Part shown: in pieces, positions 1-12,034 of the stretch
Position numbering within the stretch: the first letter of the stretch is position 1
Layout: each line of letters starts with the position of its first letter
Assembly: GCA_025201805.1 (NCBI GenBank)
Contig: MU619284.1
Span: 22,484 to 86,483 of the forward strand
DNA: 64,000 nt
Source of the DNA: Parasitella parasitica NRRL 2501
Taxonomy: Eukaryota; Fungi; Mucoromycota
Direction of reading: 5' to 3'
The notes under the pieces: model-generated
Told to the model about the DNA's origin: nothing
Databases searched by the model: none
Seen by the model: only the letters and a program-made list of their open reading frames with translations
Translations under genes and position numbers: made by a program

Positions 1-1310
1 AGGAAAGAAAATGCACCATTAGCACCAACTGATACTACATTTCCAGGGCTAACTGTATAAGTCCCAGGTCCTTTAAAGCCTCCAATGCTAAAGCCTCCAC
101 CAAGGTTGAGAGTAGGCAAGTTCAGAGTAGGAAGAGTAATGCTAGGCCATGTGAATGTAGGGCCTGAGATGCTAGGCACAGTAGTTTCACTAGTTTGTGT
201 TTGCGAACCACCTTGAAGCCAAGTGATTTCTCCACTGGCGCCAACAGAGACGACATTTCCTGGGCTGATTGTATAGGTTCCAGCGCCAGCAAAGTTGGGC
301 AAAACAAATCCACCAGGGAGCGTAACTGTGGGAAGAGAGAGAGTGGGTAATGCAACGTTTCCAGCAGTATTTCCGTTTCCACCCGTGATGAATGAAAATC
401 CACCATTAGCACCAATAGAGACGACGTTTCCTGGACTAACAGTATAAATTCCAGGCCCTGAATAGCCTCCAATTGAGAAGCCACCACCCAAGTTGAGCGG
501 TGGTAGGCTGATGGTTGGGAGGATGAAGCCGGATTGGGTGTTTCCAGGAGGACCGCCCAGCAAAAAGCTGTATGAACCATCATTGCTCACAGAGACGACA
601 TTTCCCGGACTTAATGTATAAGTACCAGGGCCAGTAAATTCAGGGATATTGAAGGGAAACGAGAAGGAACCACCTGTGTTCGTAGCGCCACCATCACCGC
701 CTGTGTTTGAAGGAGGACCACCCATCAAGAAGCTGTATGAACCATCATTGCTTACAGAGACGACATTTCCCGGACTCAGGGTGTATGTACCGGGGCCAGT
801 GAATCCAGGAATTCTAAATGGAAAGGAGAAGGTGTTGCCAGTTGTTATAGGGTCTGTGCCTCCTGTAGGAGCATGGCCCTGAAGGAAGGTGTATGACCCA
901 TCATTGCTTACGGAGACTACATTTCCAGGACTCAATGTGTATACGCCGGGACCAGTAAAGTCAGGAATGTTGAATGGGAACGAAAAGTGCATTGTATCTT
1001 CAGTTTGCTGACCTGGATTTCCTCCATTGGTAGAAGGGGGTCCGCCGCTAGTGAAGAAATAGCTTCCGTCTGCATTTACTTGGACAACATTGCCGGGACT
1101 AAGTGTATATGATCCAGGTCCAGCAAAGTTAGGGATAAGGAAGGGGAACGAGAACGCAGTACTGCCGCTAACGCTTCCACTAGGTGGTCCACCCAAGGTA
1201 AATCCATAAGAGCCATCAGCCTTCACAGTAATTACCGAGCCAATGCCAAGAGTATAAGTTCCAGCGCCATGGAATCCGGGAATAGAAAAGGGGAATTTAA
1301 AGCCTCCATT
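1..1310 (-). repeat. Coding tandem repeats, consensus F.FPF.IP.F.GPG.YTLSPGNVVSV.NDGSY.F
   Basis: Eight recognisable copies. The DNA repeats are visible, e.g. gctgtatgaaccatcattgct at ~568 and ~732, with a close variant at ~890. Confidence 0.9.
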
Positions 1311-3641
1311 ATACGTAATTGTGGGATTAGTATAGGTGTACGTGATTATTGGCTTGGCTGTGGTGGACGGTCCGGTAGACTGATATATCGTAGTGGGCTG
1401 CGTGATAGTAATAAAGCTAGTTTGTGTTGCTGTCTTTGTTGTAACAAATGTTGCAGTCTCGGTGAAGGTAGGCCCAGGAGTTTGGACTGTTGTAGTTGTT
1501 GTTACCTGCCTGATGGCATACTGTACAATAGTTGTGGCAGGCAGCGTAACCCTTGATGTAACGGTTCCAGAAGGAAGAGTGATAGTAACCGCTGGTAAAG
1601 GCGCCTGAGTTACGGTTACAGTTCCTGGAGGCAGAGTGATTGTATTTGCAGGTAAAGTTACTGGACTTGGGGTAACTGTAACTGTATTTGGTGGCAGAGT
1701 GACAATACTAGGAGGCAATGTAACTGTTCCAGATGGAAGAGTAATGGTTTTTCCTGGAAGTGTGATGGAAGAGACTCTTGTTTCTGTAATGGTGCTAACT
1801 GGTAAGGTCAGAATGCTTGCCGGTAGAGTAACAGTAGACGCAGGTAACGTTAATGGCAGAGTTACAGTATTAGGAGGTAGCGTCACTGGCACAGTAACGG
1901 TATCTGGCTTCAATGTGACAGTACTGGGCGCTAAGGTTACAGTATTAGGAGGCAGGGTGACAATACTAGCGGGCAGGGTAACTGTTCCAGAAGGCAGCGT
2001 AATTGTCGTACCAGGTAAAGTGATAGAGGACAGTTTTATTTGAGTGATTGTGCTAGCAGGCAATGTAACAATACTTGGAGCGAGCGTAATTTGTTTTGTC
2101 ACTGTGTTTCCAGGCAATGTAATAGTATTAGGTGGAAGTGTAATGACATCTGCTGGCAGAGTAACAATCTGAACAGACGTAAGAACACTAGTATCGGTGA
2201 CGGTGAGCAATTGGACTTCTGTCAAGGTATTATTGATGACAAGTGTGTTGTTGACAGTGGCTGTAAATAGTTCGACATTTGTAACAGTATCTGTAACGGT
2301 AGTAGTAGTGGATTTTGTATCGGTGCTAAGTTGGACATCTACAATAGTGCTTGTTACAGTAACGTATTCAGTAGCAGTCAATTGCTCCACATCAGTTTCA
2401 GTGAGAGTTGTAACCTCCAAATCGGTGATTGTGCTGGTTCCCACCATAGTTACAGTTGATGTGGAAGGAGCGCCATCTTCAGTGACAGTGACAGGAACGC
2501 CATCGATATACTCTGTAATAGTTGAGGGCACGCCTTCCAATATAATAGTAGAGATGATAGCATCCAAGGTTACCGTAGATGCAGCATTTTCTACAGTGAT
2601 TGTAGTTTCAACCCCGGAGAGAGTTAATGTTGTAACAAGACCATTGACAGTAGTTGTAGACAGTACAGTAACCGTTCTGTCACCACCGTTACCACCTTTT
2701 CCACCTTTATGGCCTTTTTTACCTCCATAGCCACCAGGATAAGGATAGCCATTGTTGGGATAGCCATTTTTAGGATAACCATATGGATAGCCGCCATTAC
2801 CATAACCAGGGCCGCCAGGATAAACACCGCCAGGATAACCCCCATTAGGGCCTTGGGGATATTCGCGATGGGGGCCTTGAAACCCGCCATCATACGAAGG
2901 GGGATAACCTGGTCTTGGATGATTCACGACAGGAGGGTATACAGGCTGATTTCCAGGATATGGAGCATGATCACCACGAGGGCGGGCATTGTGAACAGGA
3001 GCCTTAGAAGCTACAGCAGTTTGATAAGCATATTGCGGCACAGATTGAGAGTAGAGAGAGTTGTGAGGCACTGTTGATTGATGAAGTTGGCATAGGACAG
3101 GCCTATCGCCAGGACAAATATTCTCAATGCCACCGCCTGGACCAATACTGCCTACAAAAATCGAAAGACAATCTTGGCTATTCTTTACAGGATTTCCGTT
3201 CTCACTGTAATCCCAAGATCTGTATATAAAATGCGTTAGATATGGTAATAAAAAGTTACGATTAAATAAAAAATAAAAAAAAACATACCCAATCCATGCT
3301 CTTTCATTAGGGCCAGCACATGTTAAGACAAGGTCAGCAGCAAGGAGAAAGTTTTGATTGCTAATGTCAGCGAGGGAACCGCCCAAAGCGGTACAGGCAG
3401 TGACAGCACCAGCATAAGGATACTTGTCTTTCGAAATGAAGAAACCACCTGTGCCTGGAGCGTCGCATCTTGTAATCAAGCCGCTTCCTCTAGGAAAACC
3501 GCCATTCTTCTTATAATGGCTGTAGGACTGATGTTGGACATTCTCATCACTGTACTGTTCAAATGCAGCCGCATTGCTATTAGCTAATGCTATGAGAAAA
3601 GCAATCCCTAGAAGCTTATCACGACGTTTTGCTATCGTCAT
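1..3641 (-). CDS. Large secreted adhesin-like protein: signal peptide, C-type lectin-like domain, Gly/Pro/Tyr-rich segment, Thr/Val-rich TLP-repeat stalk, at least 8 C-terminal ~45-50 aa repeats (3' end outside window)
   Basis: Hand translation from ATG 3641 (MTIAKRRDKLLGIAFLIALANSNAAA). One GT-AG intron at 3288-3220. The frame stays open to position 1, so it is absent from the ORF track. Lectin-like pattern: YAGAVTACTALGGSLADI...AWIGSW...DCLSI...CPGDRPVLC. Confidence 0.85.
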   Translation of the reverse strand, partial: MTIAKRRDKLLGIAFLIALANSNAAAFEQYSDENVQHQSYSHYKKNGGFPRGSGLITRCDAPGTGGFFISKDKYPYAGAVTACTALGGSLADISNQNFLLAADLVLTCAGPNERAWIGYVFFYFLFNRNFLLPYLTHFIYRSWDYSENGNPVKNSQDCLSIFVGSIGPGGGIENICPGDRPVLCQLHQSTVPHNSLYSQSVPQYAYQTAVASKAPVHNARPRGDHAPYPGNQPVYPPVVNHPRPGYPPSYDGGFQGPHREYPQGPNGGYPGGVYPGGPGYGNGGYPYGYPKNGYPNNGYPYPGGYGGKKGHKGGKGGNGGDRTVTVLSTTTVNGLVTTLTLSGVETTITVENAASTVTLDAIISTIILEGVPSTITEYIDGVPVTVTEDGAPSTSTVTMVGTSTITDLEVTTLTETDVEQLTATEYVTVTSTIVDVQLSTDTKSTTTTVTDTVTNVELFTATVNNTLVINNTLTEVQLLTVTDTSVLTSVQIVTLPADVITLPPNTITLPGNTVTKQITLAPSIVTLPASTITQIKLSSITLPGTTITLPSGTVTLPASIVTLPPNTVTLAPSTVTLKPDTVTVPVTLPPNTVTLPLTLPASTVTLPASILTLPVSTITETRVSSITLPGKTITLPSGTVTLPPSIVTLPPNTVTVTPSPVTLPANTITLPPGTVTVTQAPLPAVTITLPSGTVTSRVTLPATTIVQYAIRQVTTTTTVQTPGPTFTETATFVTTKTATQTSFITITQPTTIYQSTGPSTTAKPIITYTYTNPTITYNGGFKFPFSIPGFHGAGTYTLGIGSVITVKADGSYGFTLGGPPSGSVSGSTAFSFPFLIPNFAGPGSYTLSPGNVVQVNADGSYFFTSGGPPSTNGGNPGQQTEDTMHFSFPFNIPDFTGPGVYTLSPGNVVSVSNDGSYTFLQGHAPTGGTDPITTGNTFSFPFRIPGFTGPGTYTLSPGNVVSVSNDGSYSFLMGGPPSNTGGDGGATNTGGSFSFPFNIPEFTGPGTYTLSPGNVVSVSNDGSYSFLLGGPPGNTQSGFILPTISLPPLNLGGGFSIGGYSGPGIYTVSPGNVVSIGANGGFSFITGGNGNTAGNVALPTLSLPTVTLPGGFVLPNFAGAGTYTISPGNVVSVGASGEITWLQGGSQTQTSETTVPSISGPTFTWPSITLPTLNLPTLNLGGGFSIGGFKGPGTYTVSPGNVVSVGANGAFSF

Positions 3642-4956
3642 GGTGTAAAAAATGCCAGAAATGATGTTGTAAAACTTTAGAAAGGGAAGAGAAGTAGGCT
3701 GGAACGAGACGGCAACGTATTATGGCTGATTCCTTATAAACACGAAAACAAGTTAAATTAAAAGTATGCTAGCGCTTAGTAGCGACAGAATAAACAAATC
3801 CAAGTTGCACTTTCATCGTCTGGTATGTTTTGACAGATGTTAATTTAACTTTTTGAAGTATATGTCTTGATATAGTAATCCAGAGAATAAGGCAGCGTAG
3901 ACTTGGCTATGTGTACAATGTTTGCTTTTTTAGGATTTTTCCGTCTCATTTTTTCCTGACTAAAAGTGGCGATTGAGAGGCTCAAGATATATCTGTGTGA
4001 AGATTGAATTATTTTTTATGCACTCCAGTGCATAAATTGCGTTTGTTGTAAATAAAGCGTTCTTTATATGGCTTAACGAAANNNNNNNNNNNNNNNNNNN
4101 NAAAAAAAAAAAAAAAAAAAAAAAAAAAATAGAGCAGCTCGACATGTTCAATTGGCAACTCTGGAAATGTAGAATTTAAATAATGATTGCACTAGATGCA
4201 GAATTCAGACGTGGGATGTTCGATGTAAATTTCGTCAAGAGTCGGATATGCATTTGAACATGTCCTATAAAGGCTATTTCCGTATACGTTTGTCAGTGAA
4301 CGCTCACGCAAAAAAAAATAAAAAAAATAAAAATAAAAATAAAAAGAGCTACATGGACTCAACCAGTTCCGATTTTCAGACCTCATTTGTGTATTTTGAA
4401 GCAGTATTGAAAGCAATTTGTGGAATTTACACACTGTAGTACGGTGGTGCTACCTCAATCGTAGTTGCAGGCTTCATGACGGTCCTTTTACCACCACCAG
4501 TCGATTTCAGGAACAAAGAAATCCTGATTGGCAATCTCATGATGATCGACCATGAGCCTGAAGCATAATCGCAAAAAAAAGAAAAAAAAAAAAAATAGAA
4601 GAAAAGAGAATGCGAAAGAGAAAAAGAAACGCAGGGAAAATAGGCTATTTTGATACCACTGTTCACATTGCACAAGCCATGGTCTTTGCTATACGGTATA
4701 ACACATGAAGACTATTGTGCTACATGTGATTTATTCACTTCCTTATCTCGTAATTTGGGGCTTCCTCGTTTTTTTTTTTGTTTTTTAGTTTTTGTTTTGT
4801 TTTGTTTTGTTTTTTCTTCTTTCTACAAACTAACAAACCTATGCCAACCTTATAACTTGCTAATCTACGTACATCCACTATATCCATTCCTTTATTTAAA
4901 CACTTGTTACCGTCCTTAAGAAAGCGATTCACTCTTATCCATTCCTTCACCAAAGA

Positions 4957-7900
4957 ATGTTGTCAGCATCTACATACTCTTCTTCGCCAGTATCTGCCTC
5001 GAGCGCTTTTCCCGCTAGCCCTGGCTTGTCAACACCGTCTTCTCAGTATTCGACCGAGTCTGGTATAAAAAGGGGTGGAAATCCACTTACTGAGCTGATT
5101 GACACAGAACAAGCGTACATGGAAACGCTGAAAATGATCGACTCTGTAAGTAAGCCATGGACCAGCACCTGATGCAGTGATGATTAACAAATTATGAATA
5201 GCAAATTGCGCCAATTTGGATGAAGCAAATGACATCTGCGGCTCCAGACTTTTCTGAGCTTTTAAAGTACATTCACAACATTTTAAAAGCAAACAAGAGG
5301 TTTTGTATGAAGCTGACCAGAATCGCAGCAAATTCCCAGACTATCAGCGAACTAGGAGACGCTTTAATGCAATGGGTAAATGATTTGGAGGTGCCATACG
5401 CCAACTATTCTCGAAGCTTCATACCAAATTTGAATCAACGAGACGATATCGTTGGAAATCCATCCATCCAAGCCTTGCTGCGAAATCTGTCGGCCAGTCT
5501 ATCTTATGAAATCAACCTCGAAGCGCTGTTCAACGCGCCAATCCAGCAATTGAAATACTACAAAGGGCTGTACAGCAGACTGCTGGAAGGAACTGACGCT
5601 GGACGGGCAGACCACAAGCTTCTAACGAGCGCCAACAAACGGATCGACATGATTATGGCCATGTTGAAAGGCAGTAACAATGTCCATGTAAACCACAAGG
5701 AGTTCAGCTTACCACACATTCAGACAAACTTTACCGTAAATCAAGATTTGACGACATTTGAACACCAGGTCGATTGCTCCAGAACTGCAGATCTGTTTAA
5801 TGGGACACAAATAGTATGAATAGCAATCAACTATTAATAGATGCACGTGAAGTATTAACTTTCATTTTTAGCGCTACCAATTGCGCATCTCGAATCCAGG
5901 CGCTGAGCTTGTTATGAAGGACAGCTTTATCATGCTGTCTGGCCACAATGGGCCGTCTATTCGAGTGTGTCTGGCCCTGACTACCGATGTACTGGTCATT
6001 GCACGAGAACTGTCTCCGAGCCAGCTCCTGTTGATGTATCCCGCCATCCCGATAGGCGACATTACAGTCAGGGCAGATTCTTTGGACAGAGAAATTGTGG
6101 GCGAATACATGATTCGGTTTTCTGTATTGGGTAAGAAACATTTGATTATGCGTGCAGATTCCAAAGAAATCAGAAACACGTGGATTGGCGTTGAATCGAA
6201 TGCTTCCAAATCTGTGATCCTGACCCCTAGGACTATGAGCGTAGCTGCTCAAAAGAAAATGCTATCCGCTGCAAATAGCTATGGAGGAACCAGCCTGCCT
6301 CCCATGCCTACTATCGACCGCGCCAATAAAGCCATTGATTCGACAAAGGCCGCAAGCATCCGCAACACAGACATATTCACTTACTATTCAGAGAATGGCG
6401 GTGTCTCACCATTGGAGAGCTCCGACGATGACGACCATGGCAACAGCAAAAATCAGGGTAAATCCAGGGACACCATAATGGACATTTACGACAACCATTT
6501 ATATGATTATGGAGACGACAATGATAACACTAGCAAATTTCCTGCGCCTTCAGTGCCAGCTGTGAGCAAAGAATCCATGTCACAGACTGTCAAGATTCCG
6601 CAACAAGCACAGATGCAAAATATGCCAACGCCACCAAATAAAGACAGACCAAACGTGAAAGACATTCTTCCTCCTGTTCCTCCTAAAAACCAGCAGCCTG
6701 TTAATGAACCACTTAAAGAGTCCTGCCATGTTCAGATGACATACATTCAGCCGCCTACTGCCCAGATGTCAAGCATGTCAATATCACCCCCTTTTCCACA
6801 ATCAAATGAGTTAAATAGCTCCAACTCACCCCCTGCTGCTGTGGCCTCTCTTTCTTCTTCTTCTTCTTTTTCTTCTTCTTCCTCGTCGCCTTCTTCTCCT
6901 AAAATGAACTATAGCAACAGGATCAACCCTTTGCCATCGCCCTCTAGCATCAGCAGTAAGCCCTCCTCGCCAAGAGCTGTCCAAGTCCAGAAGGTCGTTA
7001 TACCACAGACAATGCAAGCAGTAACTCAAAAGACGGACGATTATCTCTCATCGTCTTCCAACAAAACACTGCAGCCCGAAACTAGTCGATTTCAGCCTGT
7101 GGCCAATAATGCCATGTCACGTCCCGCAATGCAGCCAAGAAGCGATTCTGCTCCTCTACAGCAACAGCAGCAGCAGCTACCCAGAATATCATCCATGAGA
7201 GGACAACAGCAGCAAAGACCCCCAATGATGCAGAGTAATAGCTACACTACCCAATCACATTTGCAGAATCAGTCCCAAATGACAATGAATGTTCAACCAC
7301 AGCAACAAAGACCATTACCGTCCTCGCCCCAAAGCCCGTACGGCTACAATGGCAATGCCATGAGTACAGCACCTTCTCAGCAGCAACAGTATAGGCCTGC
7401 ATATGGTGGAGGAGGGGCATCGTCATCTATTGCATCGCACTCTCCGAATGGAAGAAGGGCTCCAGGAGGACAGCCACTATCTCCTGGAGTACAGCAGCCC
7501 CCTGGAAGGTTCAACTCCCCATCACCAAGCCAACGTCATATGAACTCTATCGACGATTTTGGTCCACCCCCTCATAACCCTGGCAACGATGTTCGTCAGA
7601 TCCTTTACAGCAGCAGCCAGTGCGATGTATTTCATTGGAACCATCAATCGTGGTATGCGGCTGAGGGGCAATGCTTGCTGCAAGTGAGATTAACGCATAA
7701 CCATCGCACATGTGTTGCGGTGCAGTTACAAAATACGGGCCAGCTCTACTTGAACGCTTGGATCCTACCAAGTACAGTCATAAGGCAGCCATCACCAACC
7801 GATGTGAGCATTTCACTGTACATGGGCACGAGGAAGGAAAATTATCTCGTCCATTTCGCACACCCCCAAGACGCCACCGTGTTCTTTAACATTTTGAATA

Positions 7901-8331
7901 AAGCTCACCATGAGTCGGGCACTGTCGGTTCTCCACAGCATCAGATGCAGAAGCCCAAGGAAGAGCCAGAGGTGGTGGATAACACCAATATCCCGCAGTC
8001 ATTGAAGCCGGTTATGCAGTGTAAAGCCAAACTCTTTGTTCAGAACGAGACATCCAACTGGAGTACGTTTGGCAATGTCACGATGCGGATTTCACAGCAA
8101 TCGCCCAGCATGCGCATGATGATACAAATTGAAAATGACAAGACGAAATTGGTCAGCGCGATTGTCAAGAGCGGCAACGTGGAAAAGATCAGCTCAAAGA
8201 GACTAAGCTTCCTGTTGGTTGACGAAACCGCGAAAACAAGTATTGTCTACATGATCCACTTGAAAGAGGATCAAACTGGAAGCAAGATTTACGAGTACCT
8301 GCGAACCAAAAACGCAGAGAACGGATGGTAA
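4957..8331 (+). CDS. Rho guanine nucleotide exchange factor (DH-PH) with low-complexity middle and two C-terminal PH-like domains
   Basis: Exons 4957-5145, 5202-5813 and 5872-8331 join in frame via GT-AG introns. DH motifs ELIDTEQAYMETL and APIQQLKYYKGLYSRLL are present. Confidence 0.8.
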
Positions 8332-8363
8332 TTTATAGTATTTTTATATTGTATTATTAGATG

Positions 8364-8440
<77 letters not shown>

Positions 8441-8863
8441 TTTTATTTTATTATTTACATATATATATACACACATATATCATTATAACGTTTAGACTTT
8501 TCTACCAATTAAATTATACATTTTATTGTTAATTAAAATTCATTTTATTACTTGTAAAAAGCGCAGGCTATTCTTAGTTACTTTATTAGCGCAGAACAAT
8601 AGCTAATATAGCAATATAATCAGGGACTATTTTCAGGTACATCCAGAAACGGGGAGCATCCCACCACCATCTGAGCATACGCTTTCTCGTCTCTTCTATT
8701 GTAAAAAAGGTGTATAGACCCAACTTGTTCTCTTTAACAATAGTAATAACTACAGGCTGTCTTTCCATTGTTTGACAGCTGCCATTGTTCAAACATGTAG
8801 AATAGCCAATATATAAAGCAAGATCTTTTCTCTTGTCAAAAAAGAAATATCGCATTCAAAAAA

Positions 8864-9277
8864 ATGACCAAGTCTCCGGTGCAAGAATCATCTGATAAGA
8901 ACGTGGAACAATGCAAGATTTGCTTCAAAGAGTTCCCGAGATATGACCAGAGAGGCTTCAAAAATGCTGGCTTCAGTGCTCACCAGAATCGCTGCGTTGA
9001 GCGAGATCATTCCAAAAAGGAGCCTTCGCCGGAGCAGCCATCTACTCCCAAGAAGCCCAGGATGCTCTTGCCTGCGTCGATCTCTCCATCTTCATCCATG
9101 CCAACCGCTGACGAGCTGTTGAATACCCCGAATGTCGCAATGGATAGATCAATCACGTTATCTCCCACCAATGTTTTCCAAATCACTCAATGCGAATACT
9201 GTACCCCAGAATCTGGACTGCACAATCCGTCATGCCCCGAAATCGAGAGCATTGTCTCGACCAGCCCAGTCCTCTAA
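8864..9277 (+). CDS. Small hypothetical protein with two Cys/His metal-binding motifs
   Basis: 137-aa ORF with A-rich start context; CKIC...HQNRC and CEYC...HNPSC. Confidence 0.6.
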   Translation: MTKSPVQESSDKNVEQCKICFKEFPRYDQRGFKNAGFSAHQNRCVERDHSKKEPSPEQPSTPKKPRMLLPASISPSSSMPTADELLNTPNVAMDRSITLSPTNVFQITQCEYCTPESGLHNPSCPEIESIVSTSPVL

Positions 9278-9439
9278 ACCTAACCTACTATCATTACTCT
9301 TTACACACACACTGCTCATTTACAAAGAGCACATGCCCCAGGGAAATATGCAAACGAACAATATGTAGATCAATCCTATATTTTTTATTTATGATATATG
9401 CTTTCAAATTATGCAGTTTTTATTAGATATGTGTAAATT

Positions 9440-10970
9440 TTATAAGGCCCCCATGCTAAATTACAACAAATGTCAATGATACGCCCTTTTATATATGCCT
9501 AAAGATAAAAACTTACCGTGAATAAAACATCTTTAATCTCAACTGTACATTTTCCTGGTACAGGTCGTCAAATGACCGATTTTGATAGAGCCCCAATTGA
9601 ATGTTTCTCACAAAGCTATAGAAATTGCACACGGCAACAAGTCTATCGCGACAGTTACTATCAATCAGTAACCAGTCGTCCTCTTCAACAAGCCGGAATC
9701 GATAAAATGCAGGGTTTACTTTGTGTTTGATGTTTGATTTTCTTCCACAGGACGCACACTCCAAACACTCGCTTTGCTGTGCAACATGGTACGTGTTCAC
9801 GGACCATCTTTCCCAAAGCGGACGATAATAAGCAGACGACGTTGAGTTCATTGGCGACGGGATGCGTCTAGCCGTGTCCAATGTAACGCGTTCGATAAAA
9901 CAAGGCTTCTGAAGCATATGCTCCATCATTAGCTTGATACACATGCGCGATTCTGAATTGCCAAATCCAAGACAAGGCTCTATATCCTCCTTTTCGCACT
10001 GCATGATATACTCACTTTTCTGAGCCAGCGGCACAGTAGCAAGTGGGTGAGTGTAGTAAAAAAACGCATTGTGATGGCGATTCTCTATAGATGAATTGGC
10101 GCCTTGTGTTCTAGCTGCGTCCTCTTCCTCACTCTCACTCTCAGTATCGAAATAAGATGACGACTGGCTGCTTCGACTGCTGGTGCTACCGCTATTGCTG
10201 TAGAGAACAAGATAAGATTGGAACATCTTGACATTTGATAGCTTGGAGTCATACAGCGATGTCATCTGTTGCGTTATAGTGTTGGTGGGGGTAGTAAGTG
10301 CTGATATTGCCAAGTTTGCGCTGGAAACTGTATTGCGTCTTTTGCTGGGTTTTATCTTGCTTTGGCCATCAGCGTCTGTCGTGCTACTGTCGATTGCCAT
10401 TGTCAGTCTTTGACCCTTGGAAGCCAAAATATTTGTACTATTGCGATGGTTTGCCGTGTATACAACATTTAGCGGCAACATTGTGTTAGCAGCGGCTCCA
10501 ATGTGGGGTGACGGTAAAAGGTTCTCCATGCGAGTTTTCAATTCTCGCAACTGGTTTTGTTCATTGTCTAGTTGATCTTCGGTCATTTCTAGCTTCTTCT
10601 GCAGCTGCATCCTCCTTCTCTTTTCATTCGCCACCATATTATTAGCTTCTTCAAACAAGTGAGCGCTGAGGTCTTCAAGTTCTCGGTCGGCCTGCTCTTT
10701 CTGCTTTTGTACTTCGGCCATTGTACTCAAACTCGCCGTGTACTTGGCGCTGAGCGTCTGAAAATCCAGGCTTTGATTTCTCATCTTTACTTGACAAGCA
10801 TGTAGCTCCTTTCTAAGCTGGTTTATTTCATCAGCCTGCAATGTGATTTTGTGCTGAAGCTCGTTTGTGTAAAGACAGGCGCTGATTTTCCTGTTACACA
10901 GTTGACATTGATGAGGATGTTGAGGCTGAATTACATTATGGCATTCACATTCCTTTTCGTTGCTGGCTAC

Positions 10971-11001
<31 letters not shown>

Positions 11002-11009
11002 ACTAGCAT
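9440..11009 (-). CDS. SEC2: Sec2-like Rab GDP/GTP exchange factor
   Basis: Coiled coil with ELEDLSAHLFEEANNMVANE. C-terminal CASCG...CRDRLVAVCNFYSFVRNIQLG. Intron 9516-9456 gives the end SRMGAL*. The true start may lie in an upstream exon. Confidence 0.85.
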
Positions 11010-12034
11010 AGTCTATCAAAATTATAAAGAAAAATTAGGGAATGAGTATACTCTTGATTGAGAAATGCCAATAATATCCAGTAGTGTATATTAAAAAAAA
11101 AAAAAAAATACGGAGGTGAAATACTCGACCAAAGTTGAGATTCTCCTGGGTATTCATCCCCCTTGAAAAGGTCAATAAAGAAATTTGAAATAATATATGC
11201 CATGCACAAGCTTAGGATATGTTGGATTGTTATACTAATATGTCCATATTTGCATGCAAATTATATAATTCATGTAATCCCACAAGTTGATTTACATTCA
11301 TGCTAATCAATGCATACATGCTTTTTATATATCAACAAGACAATCAAATGGGTATGATATGTAACTGAACTAGTTATACTTGACAAAACCAACATATTCG
11401 AGTTTGCCAGGGACAAAACAATGACCACAATTTTTCCTTGTGTTCCTGGTGATGATAAAAACCTCCCTTCATTCTTGATTACAAGCGTATGTATTTAATA
11501 AAACTTGTATTGATTATTCAATAAAACGTATACCGTATTTATGGATCTCATTTTTTGTAAGCTGAAGACTGCTGCCAATCAAATAATACACTACTGTGTT
11601 TCCACCATGTAAAGTATTATGCAGTAGTGGAGTCGACTGCGGAATGTCATGTACATACACTTGTGATGTCTATGCGGATCTACCGGTATATTAGATTTCA
11701 AATGTCTCTGATAAACTTTACAACACTAAAAAGAAAAAGACTCTTATCAATATCGTTTGCATTACATTGATTTTGGGCTTAACCTTTTGGGCAAATCTTT
11801 TCATTTTGTATACATTGCTCCATAAAGCACCATAAGCACTGGAAAAGCGTCGTATAAGCGAGTGTCTGCATTCTACTTTATTAATTTACACAGTCGTTAA
11901 GGGTACTTGTTCAAGTATTATCATTTTTTAATAACAAACCCTGATAAAAGACTGGTGGGACGAAAGCGGCGTTATAGACTCGGGATTGTATGGAAACGTT
12001 GTTGTGCACATGAATATACAAACGCAGAATCAAT

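Noticed and set aside
649-3077. Several long plus-strand ORFs rich in Val/Thr/Gly
   Set aside because: They are antisense shadows of the repetitive minus-strand lectin/adhesin gene.
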